From: Candidatus Thalassarchaeaceae archaeon
GTDB taxonomy: Archaea > Thermoplasmatota > Poseidoniia > Poseidoniales > Thalassarchaeaceae
Length of the DNA: 64,000 nt
NCBI GenBank assembly: GCA_023268715.1
Contig: JALRLV010000007.1
Location: forward strand, 19,939-83,938
Direction: 5' to 3'
Each line of letters begins with the position of its first letter. Within the stretch, counting starts at the first letter, position 1. Shown here piece after piece: positions 56,412-64,000 of the stretch. The notes below the pieces were generated by a model. The model was not told the DNA's origin, made no database searches, and was given only the letters and a program-made list of their open reading frames with translations. The position numbers and the translations under genes were made by a program.

Positions 56412-58688
56412 TCATTTCTTTTGTTGACGCTTTCGTGATTGAATCATCTTTTTCATTGTACCAATTAAGCTACTTGCCTCATTTTTGGTAATTTCTTCGA
56501 TAGTAGATACTTCGCCAATAGCCATTGCATCTTCAATACTAATTTCTAAATTTTCGGACATTGATTTAATGGCCGCAACTTGCTTTTCTGTAGCCGGAGA
56601 ATCTTTGTCGATTCCAATCAATTTATTGATCAACGAACTTGCAGTTCCGTCTCTACCACCTGTTAATTCATCCAAATCCTTGTGACCAAGTTCCGTTAAT
56701 ATTGGTTCCAAATCAACCGAATTTTTATCTGCCAATTTGATGATTAGTGCCATTTGCTTTTCACTAGGTGGAATGTCTCCATCGCTGGAGTTGTTGAGTT
56801 CTTCAATTATCCTTCTTGCATCTTCTCCGGTGAGTTCATCGCTATTTTTTCCTTGGAACAATTCTGATTTTGAGTCCTCTGACATTCTCGAGGTTCTATT
56901 CATGATGAAATTGAGTTGCTTAACTGTGGGCTTTTGTTTTCTTAACTCTAAAGCAATATTATGCATGTTTCTAAAGTCTGTAACGAATTTATGCCAAACT
57001 ATGGCACCACTGGTGTCTCCATCTTCTACTTCATCTAAACTAGATTCCATTAATGCTGTGAATCGAGGGGTGAATAAACCCTCAGATATAGTTCCCGACG
57101 AGTTCTCATCCGTTCCATAAAATGGTACCACCTCAATCCATAACAATCTACCTTGGTCTGTCGGAATGAGGGATGAACCCTCCTTGTCAGCATAGCCTCT
57201 ATCTACTAGTTTACCAACTGTAGTCAGATATGTTGACGGCCTACCTATATCTGCTTTCTTCATCTCTTGAATAATCGAACTTTCAGTGAATCTCCTAGGT
57301 GGTTTGGTTTCGTCAGACGTCAACAAAGGGTTTTCCTCTGTCGAATTAAATTCCCAAGTTTCGCCTACTTCGAAGCCAACCTCTGGTGGTTCTGTTTGAA
57401 CATCTTTATCTGCGGAGTAGACTGCTTCCCATCCCGCATGAATTCGCCATGAACTGGTTCCATACAATTGCAATTCAAGGTCTGAGACCTTTGCAACTAA
57501 ATCTCTTCTTTCTCGTACGGAATCGGACATTTGACTTGCAGCAAATCTACCCCAAATCAATCTGTATAACGATTGTTGATCCGCATCAACATCTGTTAAT
57601 GTCTTGACTTCAGGTTGTGTTGGCCTAATCGCTTCGTGAGCATCCTGTACATTGCTGGCGCCCTTCTTCGCATCCGGTCCTAACGCTCCAGAACCTAGGT
57701 GGTTAGAGCCGTATTCCTTTTCAATCAAGGATCTTATGTTATCCCTAGCCGCCTTACTTGTACGTGTGGAATCTGTTCGAATGTAAGTTATATGACCCGA
57801 TTGATACAATGATGTAGCGACTCTATTAGTTCTACCAATAGACCAACCCATTCTTCCATTCGCAGCTCTTAACATAGATTCTGTCGTAAACGGAGGTTGA
57901 GGTTTCCTGTGGTTCTTTCCCTCCCTGACGGATTCTAAAACCAACCCATTGGAATCGCGAATTTTTCCCATTGCGCTTTCAGCTAATTCTCCATCGAAAG
58001 TTCTGTCTGGGTGATGTTTTCCATCATCGTCTTTCCAAGCACCTTCGTCATCTTTCTCATGGAATCTAACTTTGAAGGAAACACCATTCGAATCTACCTT
58101 TATTGAGTGATATGGGATAGGAACATGTGCATCCCTTTCAAGTTCTCTTTCGACGATGAATCCAAGGGTGGGGGTTTGAACACGCCCCATAGAGGCTAAG
58201 TTCCAGGATCGACTAAATCTTGAACAACGAAAACCTACCAACCTGTCCATGAATCTTCTGACTTTGGCGGCATCGACAAGATCCATGTCGATATCTCTGG
58301 GTGATTCAATTGCTTCCTGCACTGCTGAATTAGTAATTTCATTGAATGACACTCGATAGATTGAATCGTAATCACTGAAGATTTCTTTCAATCTCCATGC
58401 AATAAATTCCCCTTCTCGGTCAGGGTCGGTGGCGATGTAGATTTCTTCTACTGAATTCGTTTGTGCTTTTTTTCTTAATTTGGATATAATCTTCTCGGCT
58501 CTATCCGTATAGCTCCAAGGCGGATTCGGCAATTCTCCTTCTTTTGAAGACCACATTGCTTTGTTATCTTGCTTTGTGCCTCCTCGGGTTGGTAAATCTT
58601 GAACATGGCCATTACAGGCATCGACTATCCAACCCTTGCCGAGATATTTTTTGATCGTACGGGCCTTTGCCCCTGATTCCAAAATCAT
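56412..58688 (-). CDS. topA: DNA topoisomerase I (type IA, bacterial TopA-like) with a repeat-type, cysteine-free C-terminal domain
   Basis: MILESGAKARTIKKYLG...ACNGHVQDLP (Toprim), IATDPDREGE and the active-site region HITYIRTDS. ATG 58688; the track start is TTG 58697. Confidence 0.93.
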   Translation of the reverse strand: MILESGAKARTIKKYLGKGWIVDACNGHVQDLPTRGGTKQDNKAMWSSKEGELPNPPWSYTDRAEKIISKLRKKAQTNSVEEIYIATDPDREGEFIAWRLKEIFSDYDSIYRVSFNEITNSAVQEAIESPRDIDMDLVDAAKVRRFMDRLVGFRCSRFSRSWNLASMGRVQTPTLGFIVERELERDAHVPIPYHSIKVDSNGVSFKVRFHEKDDEGAWKDDDGKHHPDRTFDGELAESAMGKIRDSNGLVLESVREGKNHRKPQPPFTTESMLRAANGRMGWSIGRTNRVATSLYQSGHITYIRTDSTRTSKAARDNIRSLIEKEYGSNHLGSGALGPDAKKGASNVQDAHEAIRPTQPEVKTLTDVDADQQSLYRLIWGRFAASQMSDSVRERRDLVAKVSDLELQLYGTSSWRIHAGWEAVYSADKDVQTEPPEVGFEVGETWEFNSTEENPLLTSDETKPPRRFTESSIIQEMKKADIGRPSTYLTTVGKLVDRGYADKEGSSLIPTDQGRLLWIEVVPFYGTDENSSGTISEGLFTPRFTALMESSLDEVEDGDTSGAIVWHKFVTDFRNMHNIALELRKQKPTVKQLNFIMNRTSRMSEDSKSELFQGKNSDELTGEDARRIIEELNNSSDGDIPPSEKQMALIIKLADKNSVDLEPILTELGHKDLDELTGGRDGTASSLINKLIGIDKDSPATEKQVAAIKSMSENLEISIEDAMAIGEVSTIEEITKNEASSLIGTMKKMIQSRKRQQKK

Positions 58689-58790
58689 GAACTTCAATTA
58701 ATCACACTCGACTTGGCAGTCCGCATCTGAGATTGGCTTACCACGTTTCCTCGGGGCGTCATGAACCCTGTATAAACGTGAGTAAGGATA

Positions 58791-58850
58791 GCGCGATGCA
58801 AGGCGCGCGTGCGTGCGTGCCTGTGGGCGCGCGCATGCGCGCGCACGCGA
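58791..58850. repeat. alternating purine-pyrimidine GC tract containing the perfect 18-nt palindrome GCGCGCGCATGCGCGCGC
   Basis: Read directly: GCGCGATGCAAGGCGCGCGTGCGTGCGTGCCTGTGGGCGCGCGCATGCGCGCGCACGCGA. The palindrome is at 58827..58844. The composition is extreme relative to the AT-rich flanks. Confidence 0.8.
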
Positions 58851-58882
58851 GAATACCCAAGATATCAGAATAGAAAGTATCC

Positions 58883-59326
58883 TCAATAATACAATTCTCT
58901 GATAGCCAATTCATTCCATGGAGTTTCGGCATCAGAACCGCCACAACCTGCGCAGGCGGGGTAGCCAGCTGATGCTAGTGCAATTATTTCCTCAACTAAA
59001 ATGTCAAATCCGGTTTGCAAATCCAACGGTACCCAAACCTCAGAATCTGAAGGAGCATCTAAGCCTATTATCCCCCCAGCTTCTCCAATATTTATCACGG
59101 ATATGTTTTTTTTATTATGTATTTTAAATTCAATTCCAAAATACAAACTAGGAGATAGATCAGATATTATTATCCCTAGGTTTTCGTCTCTTTCAATATG
59201 ACTAGGTAAAGAAAATAATACTCCCCTTGACCTAAGAATCCTCCGTGCAAGTTCCCTTAAGGAGCGAGTGCACAAATCTGCATCCATGCAACCCGTACTA
59301 CCCACAAGACTTGAAGGATGCCTCAT
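58883..59326 (-). CDS. hypothetical protein (about 147-156 aa), doubtful
   Basis: ORF only, with no family recognised. It contains an AT-rich promoter-like stretch (59100..59150). Its 5' end abuts or overlaps the divergent pyrD start. Confidence 0.3.
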   Translation of the reverse strand: MRHPSSLVGSTGCMDADLCTRSLRELARRILRSRGVLFSLPSHIERDENLGIIISDLSPSLYFGIEFKIHNKKNISVINIGEAGGIIGLDAPSDSEVWVPLDLQTGFDILVEEIIALASAGYPACAGCGGSDAETPWNELAIRELYY

Positions 59327-59340
59327 CAGCCCGATGTAGG

Positions 59341-60444
59341 ATGGGTCTACCATATCGCTTTCTGGTCCGTCCTTCTTTACGCTTTATTGACTCTGAAAAA
59401 GCCCATAATATAAGTGTGAATACACTAACCAAATTTGCTGAAAATCGACCCGTTCAAAAAATACTCGGCTCAATTTATGGCACGCCAAATCTTCCCATCA
59501 CAGTTTTCGGGAAGTTGTTTAGACACCCTTTAGGGTTAGCAGCGGGTTTTGATAAATCGGCCCAAGCAATAGGTGCTTGGCCATCTCTCGGTTTTTCTTG
59601 GGTCGAATATGGGGGGGTAACGCGCTATCCCCAAGATGGTAATCCAAAACCTAGAATGTTCAGATCCAATCAAGAAAATGCTTTGATTAATCGAATGGGA
59701 TTCAATAATCCAGGGGCCCAACAGATTCGAGATACTCTAACGAAGAGACAAATATCTGGAAAATGGCCAAATGTCCCTATTGCGGCTAATATTGGGCGCT
59801 CAAAGACAGTTAACAATGAGCGAGCCCCTGACGATTATGCCGAAACATTTGGATTATTATATGACCATGCAGACATATTTGTACTCAATGTATCATCACC
59901 AAACACTCCTGGTTTACGGGAATTACAGGAAGACGATCACATCCGTGATGTAGTAAGGGCTTGCACATCTCTTCGGGAAAAAAGAATGGGCTCTAAACCA
60001 ATCCTACTGAAATTTGCTCCGGATTTACCTAGAGACGACCTATTATCCTGTGCTGGTGCAGCACTTTCTGCCGGCATTGATGGGTTTATTGCCACGAATA
60101 CAACGATTAGTAGGCCAGCACCAAACAACACTAGTTCGAGGAAATTTTTTGCCGAACAAGGTGGATTATCAGGGAAACCACTTCATGATAAATCAATACA
60201 GATGATTGGAGATTTGTATGACAGCATTGGAGGTAAGGTTCCAATCGTTGGTTGTGGAGGAATAGATTCTGGGGATTCGGCTTGGAACGCGATTACTAAT
60301 GGTTCATCATTACTTCAACTGTATTCTGCAATGGTATTCCAAGGCCCCTCTGTAGTAAAGAGGGTCACTAAAGGATTGAAAACCAAAATGGAAAATCAGG
60401 GATTTGCTGATTTACAAGAAGCAGTTGGATATACTAGACGATAA
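59341..60444 (+). CDS. pyrD: dihydroorotate dehydrogenase (quinone), class 2
   Basis: Collinear with E. coli PyrD from MGLPYRFLVRPSLRFIDSEKAH: PLGLAAGFDK, GNPKPRMFR, LINRMGFNNPG, NVSSPNTPGLRELQ, ATNTT and GGLSGKPL. Confidence 0.92.
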   Translation: MGLPYRFLVRPSLRFIDSEKAHNISVNTLTKFAENRPVQKILGSIYGTPNLPITVFGKLFRHPLGLAAGFDKSAQAIGAWPSLGFSWVEYGGVTRYPQDGNPKPRMFRSNQENALINRMGFNNPGAQQIRDTLTKRQISGKWPNVPIAANIGRSKTVNNERAPDDYAETFGLLYDHADIFVLNVSSPNTPGLRELQEDDHIRDVVRACTSLREKRMGSKPILLKFAPDLPRDDLLSCAGAALSAGIDGFIATNTTISRPAPNNTSSRKFFAEQGGLSGKPLHDKSIQMIGDLYDSIGGKVPIVGCGGIDSGDSAWNAITNGSSLLQLYSAMVFQGPSVVKRVTKGLKTKMENQGFADLQEAVGYTRR

Positions 60445-60498
60445 GTTCCCCAGTCAAGTGAGAGTAAGGCTATTCAATACCCTTCAGGACGAATCATC

Positions 60499-60882
60499 GT
60501 GAACACAACCCGCAGGTCTCGACTGTTGTTTGTTGGGGCGATTATGATTGGACTGATTGCATTGATGTTTTTGTCTGTTGACCCTCAGGTTCAGTATACG
60601 GTCGACGAAGTAATGGATTCCCCTGAAGAATTTAGTTCGGATGAATTGAATATACGCGGGGTTGTAAAAAATCAATCAATAGACAATTCTTCCTCTACTT
60701 TTATCCTACAAGGATCTGAAGCCCAAATCGAGGTCTCCTTTGTGATGATAGCAGTACCAGATGGGTTCGAAGAAGGGCGCATGATAGCGGTCAATGGTAA
60801 TTTAATTCAAGAAGGAGATATTTGGAAAATTGACGCTAAAGAAATCCAAACAGGTTGTCCTTCTAAATATGAAACTGAATGA
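60499..60882 (+). CDS. ccmE: cytochrome c maturation heme chaperone CcmE, variant CXXXY type
   Basis: N-terminal TM anchor, OB-fold-like core (NIRGVVKNQSI...FILQGSEAQIEVSF...VPDGFEEGRMIAVNGNL) and C-terminal GCPSKYE in place of the canonical His motif. GTG start. Confidence 0.75.
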   Translation: MNTTRRSRLLFVGAIMIGLIALMFLSVDPQVQYTVDEVMDSPEEFSSDELNIRGVVKNQSIDNSSSTFILQGSEAQIEVSFVMIAVPDGFEEGRMIAVNGNLIQEGDIWKIDAKEIQTGCPSKYETE

Positions 60883-60940
60883 TTTTAGTCAAAAGTTCAA
60901 CTTTTGTCTTTGATATTAGTAATAGTTTCGTTCATAGGTG

Positions 60941-61276
60941 AGCGCTACCCGGGCGTATTGGGCTAGGGGGAGCGTTGACGTGTTCTATCATCCACAAATC
61001 GTTGAAAATGGTGGCCTGAAGTCCGAGGGCGGCAAAGACGAGCCGACAATGACCCTGCGGTTGACGTCGATGCCTCGCCCCCAAGAGATCCAGGTTGGCG
61101 GAGAACACTTCCGAAGGGAAGTGTCGACCGTCTCACGCTCGGGAATCAGGTCAGGCGCGGAAGCGAGCAGCCCGACCGAGGATGCTGGATGCCTTGGGAT
61201 AGCGGGGCGGAGGAGATCGTGGAAATTTCATTGTCGGTGACGATTGTCCACCGAGGACGTGCCCACTCTGGGTATC
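60941..61276 (+). ncRNA. signal recognition particle RNA (7S/SRP RNA); ends approximate
   Basis: Helix 8 motif CAGGTCAGGCGCGGAAGCGAGCAGCC with a GGAA tetraloop (compare bacterial GGUCAGGUCCGGAAGGAAGCAGCC). Helix 6 hairpin GAACACTTCC-GAAG-GGAAGTGTC. Long helix 5 pairings: CCGACAATGA/TCATTGTCGG and CCTCGCCCC/GGGGCGGAGG. 5'/3' closing pairs TACCC/GGGTA. GC-rich island in AT-rich context. Confidence 0.85.
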
Positions 61277-61278
61277 TA

Positions 61279-62133
61279 TTATTCTAGCAATTTGTTCGAG
61301 AGTTCTTCCGTTAATCCAAAGAAGTTTTTTTCAGAACAACGTATTAGTAATTCTTTCCAACCATCATGGTCTTTTAGTGCAATAGCTAACAACTCCTTTC
61401 CTCTATCCAAATCGCCTTTATTTGCTAGGTTAATGGCGGTCCAAAAGGCGATTTCAGGAAATTTTTCTGCTTCTGAATGTTCAAGCTCAAATTCATACCC
61501 ATTTTCCGTAAAATCCGTATAAATCGAATTTACTTTCAATAATCTACCCAACTCTTCGAGGGGATTCGGGTGGTCATCCACATTGACATCAACAATTACA
61601 CCTTCCCATTCCTTCTCTTTTGTATGAGAGTCAACAACTAGGATTCTTCCAGATTGCATTCCACGTATGTCCCCGCCTGCATTTTGACCAGCGATCATTG
61701 CTGAAAGGAGTCTTTCGGATAACAAACCGTCTGAATTTTCAAACGCATCATACATTGCTTGTGGTACGGATTCGTTCCACATGAGATTTGCTTGACAGGA
61801 GAATCCTTGCCCAATAACGTGGCCAGCAGCAGGGATAGTCATTGACCCTGTGTGGGCGGCCACTTCTCCGTTAGAATCCAACATAGCCACCTGACGAATC
61901 TCTGGTTCAGGGTCTTCTCCCAACCTCTCTACGAGGGCGTTCGATGCCGATACCCCTCCCTCCATTAATTTCAGACCCAATGGGCCATGATCGATCAGTG
62001 CCATTGCTTGGGTTACCACTACCCCTACCCCTGGCCTCGCCCAGCACGCATTTCCAGCACCATAGAAGTGAGATTGTATGCCCACTCCGTATTGGCCTGT
62101 TTCTGGACATTTAGCTATGATTGAATAGGTCAC
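61279..62133 (-). CDS. DUF1028-family (Ntn-hydrolase fold) protein
   Basis: MTYSIIAKCPETGQYGVGIQSHFYGAGNACWARPGVGVVVTQAM...GPLGLKLM...RQVAMLDSNGEVAAHTG matches the recalled DUF1028 N-terminal pattern (TfSIva.d..tG..GvAv.S). Confidence 0.8.
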   Translation of the reverse strand: MTYSIIAKCPETGQYGVGIQSHFYGAGNACWARPGVGVVVTQAMALIDHGPLGLKLMEGGVSASNALVERLGEDPEPEIRQVAMLDSNGEVAAHTGSMTIPAAGHVIGQGFSCQANLMWNESVPQAMYDAFENSDGLLSERLLSAMIAGQNAGGDIRGMQSGRILVVDSHTKEKEWEGVIVDVNVDDHPNPLEELGRLLKVNSIYTDFTENGYEFELEHSEAEKFPEIAFWTAINLANKGDLDRGKELLAIALKDHDGWKELLIRCSEKNFFGLTEELSNKLLE

Positions 62134-62143
62134 TTTTTTCCCT

Positions 62144-62632
62144 CTAAAGAGATTCAGAATCGATTCCGCCCATTTTACACACTATCGCGAAATGTTCCTT
62201 GGAAACCGGTTGAACGGACAAACGCTGTCCGCGTTGCAACAAAGGCATACCCTCTAAACTAGGATTAGCTTTGAGTTCTGGAAGCCCTACAGATTCTATC
62301 TCTACTATCGGTTCTATGTCGACCATTATCCATCTAGGGTTTTCTGGTGTGGCCTTCTCATCGAAATATTTTGAATTAAGATCTTGGGCAGTGAAATCTG
62401 GATATCCTTCTTTACACACCTTTGCCACTCCAGCAACATGTGGAGGTTTACAATTTGAATGATAAAACAAAACCCAATCTCCGATTTTCATATCATCTCT
62501 CATGATATTGCGAGCCTGATAGTTCCTGACTCCATCCCAGTGGGTTGATTTATCTTCTACCAATTGTGACCACGGGTAGACGTCTGGTTCGCTTTTCATT
62601 AGCCAATAATTCACCACAATATCACCATGCAT
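62144..62632 (-). CDS. EVE (PUA-like) domain protein
   Basis: NYWLMKSEPDVYPWSQLVEDKSTHWDGVRNYQARNIMRDDMKIGDWVLFYHSNCKPPHVAGVAKV is the canonical EVE/thymocyte nuclear protein 1-like signature. Confidence 0.85.
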   Translation of the reverse strand: MHGDIVVNYWLMKSEPDVYPWSQLVEDKSTHWDGVRNYQARNIMRDDMKIGDWVLFYHSNCKPPHVAGVAKVCKEGYPDFTAQDLNSKYFDEKATPENPRWIMVDIEPIVEIESVGLPELKANPSLEGMPLLQRGQRLSVQPVSKEHFAIVCKMGGIDSESL

Positions 62633-64000
62633 CTTGACCTTCCATTACTAGTGTTGCATCCATTATATCCCCTTGTTCTCTTGTCAAGGTTCTCCTAAGA
62701 CCAGCCGCCTTTGCCATTGTTCCAGATCCACCCGTTAAGGAAATGTTTGCTTTCACTAATAGGGTATAAATCGCTGGCAATAAAATAAGGGCCGAAATCG
62801 CGGCTAGAATTAACAATATTATGATGACATCAATGAAAGGTGCGATAGCAGGAATCGGGATGTAATAGGCACAAAACATCCCTGCTATTGTAACGGTTAC
62901 GGCTTCCGTAAGACTCATTCCCGTACTTGCACAGGCGATGCGAATTGCATCAATTGAGCCCCCCAATTCTTTTACACGATTAGCAATATGTATAGAGAAA
63001 TCCACTCCAACACCCACTAGAATAGAACCAATCATAACAGTGACTAGGGACAAACTTACACTACCCTGATCCATTACTAGCCATTGCATGAATACAGTAA
63101 ATGCTACTGGGGTAGTTGTTAGAATTGCATACCGTATATCTCTGAAAACTAAACCAAGAGTGAATACAGTAAACAGTAGGGCGAATAATAACGAATCCCA
63201 TTGTGAGCCTACAACTAAATTATTGACTTCTATTGTGACGGATGCAACACCAATTAACCTAGTAGAGGAGACTCCTAATCCGGCTGTATCTTGCCTAGCG
63301 TAATTATCTATTTGTGAAACTGCATTTTCAGTTTTCTTAACATCCATAAATGGCATATCAATGTATATCAGACTCTGACTATAATTTTCTGAAATGAATA
63401 AATTTCTCATTTCTAGTGTAAGACTATTGTAGAAGACATTTATGAGAAAGCTTTGAGATTCTACGCTGCCGGTTTGTTGCTGGTCTAAAACGGCTAGGCT
63501 CCACCAAAATGAGCCATTTCCTGACACTTCCCTATCGAATATAATAGCAGATAATTCTTTGATTTGAGCGGGTACAAACTCGTTATCTTGTATTGGTTCG
63601 TTAATGGGATCTCCATCTAAATCGACACCCACTGCTATCGCTTTCATTAGGAAAACGATAGATACTGCTGTGGTTTGATTTACTTGATTGCATTTGCCTT
63701 CCAGTTCTTCTATTCCTACCAATCTTGAATAAGGATCGTTCCTCTTTAGGTTGGTATTGAATATTTCAGGTGAGGCTGATACATCTGCATCAATTAATAA
63801 AAATCCAGGCTGACCTGCCTCAAATTCGGTAGAATATGTCTTCATTTTGTCAACAGCACCAACTCCTTCGGGAGCCATCTCGAGTAAATCCACGTTTTCC
63901 TCAACATTGGGCCTGCTATAACCTGCAGATATCAAAATCGCTACTAGGAATAAACTGAGAGTTAATTTAGTCCAATTTATTGGAACGTTAACGGCGGAAA
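62622..64000 (-). CDS. RND-superfamily (MMPL/COG1033-like) exporter, C-terminal part; N-terminus lies beyond the window edge
   Basis: C-terminal TM bundle LLFALLFTVFTLGLVFRDIRYAILTTTPVAF...GSILVGVGVDFSIHIANR. The reading frame stays open upstream of the track's ATG through position 64000 (...KLTLSLFLVAILISAGY...), so the gene is truncated by the window. Confidence 0.7.
   Translation of the reverse strand, partial: SAVNVPINWTKLTLSLFLVAILISAGYSRPNVEENVDLLEMAPEGVGAVDKMKTYSTEFEAGQPGFLLIDADVSASPEIFNTNLKRNDPYSRLVGIEELEGKCNQVNQTTAVSIVFLMKAIAVGVDLDGDPINEPIQDNEFVPAQIKELSAIIFDREVSGNGSFWWSLAVLDQQQTGSVESQSFLINVFYNSLTLEMRNLFISENYSQSLIYIDMPFMDVKKTENAVSQIDNYARQDTAGLGVSSTRLIGVASVTIEVNNLVVGSQWDSLLFALLFTVFTLGLVFRDIRYAILTTTPVAFTVFMQWLVMDQGSVSLSLVTVMIGSILVGVGVDFSIHIANRVKELGGSIDAIRIACASTGMSLTEAVTVTIAGMFCAYYIPIPAIAPFIDVIIILLILAAISALILLPAIYTLLVKANISLTGGSGTMAKAAGLRRTLTREQGDIMDATLVMEGQDAW

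Noticed and set aside
58698-58944. Track ORFs 58698..58886 and 58759..58944 (-) upstream of topA
   Set aside because: Both translate the alternating GC tract into ARACARPQARTHAR-type low-complexity sequence, so they are artefacts of that tract.
60938-61522. Track ORFs 60938..61240 (+, 100 aa) and 61244..61522 (+, 92 aa)
   Set aside because: The first lies entirely within the SRP RNA gene, a GC-rich region with conserved helix 6 and helix 8 motifs. The second is antisense to the well-supported DUF1028 gene. Both are compositional artefacts.
1-64000. Looked for CRISPR arrays, transposases, integrases, toxin-antitoxin pairs and restriction-modification or other defence-like genes
   Set aside because: No regularly spaced direct repeats, no DDE or tyrosine/serine recombinase motifs and no recognisable defence domains were seen. 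The window looks like core chromosome.

Overview
This window is a chromosomal segment of a low-GC archaeon. The GC content is in the low 40s % by eye. The gene content points to a planktonic Thermoplasmatota / Marine Group II-like lineage: an unsplit rpoB, many bacterial-type housekeeping genes and many secreted proteases. That placement is an inference, not a search result.

The window opens with the canonical RNA polymerase operon (rpoH fragment, rpoB, rpoA', rpoA'', rpl30e). It continues with densely packed housekeeping genes:
- pdxS, a 7Fe ferredoxin and S3Ae
- an MTAP-family phosphorylase and a MazG-like gene
- thyA-folA and a PlsC-like acyltransferase
- trpS, ZPR1, a SepF-like gene, the proteasome beta subunit and aCPSF1
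- mdh and pntAA-AB-B
- a family-B DNA polymerase, endA and pepP
- an Mqn/CofH-type radical SAM enzyme and a geranylgeranyl reductase
- topA, pyrD, a CXXXY-type ccmE, DUF1028 and EVE genes, and an RND-type exporter truncated by the window end

Two RNA genes that the ORF track cannot show are supported: tRNA-Pro(UGG) at 34828..34905 and an SRP (7S) RNA at about 60941..61276. I saw no CRISPR array, transposase, integrase or prophage-like block.

Items worth a second look, in rough order of interest:
1. An 8-kb divergent cluster built around four paralogous COG1340-like coiled-coil proteins. It also holds a surface protein with cytoplasmic zinc ribbons, a DtxR-family regulator and a perfect 19-bp palindrome in the shared promoter spacer.
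2. A divergent family-B polymerase with a degenerate exonuclease domain and a degenerate motif C. It is translationally coupled to an 85-aa ORF and overlaps convergently with a P-loop-less RecA-like ORF.
3. A roughly 60-nt alternating purine-pyrimidine, Z-DNA/cruciform-prone GC tract directly upstream of topA.
4. Lineage-specific insertions in all three large RNAP subunits.
5. A ribosomal protein S3Ae fused to an acidic linker and a SAP/HeH motif.

All homology calls come from by-eye motif recognition. No database search was run.
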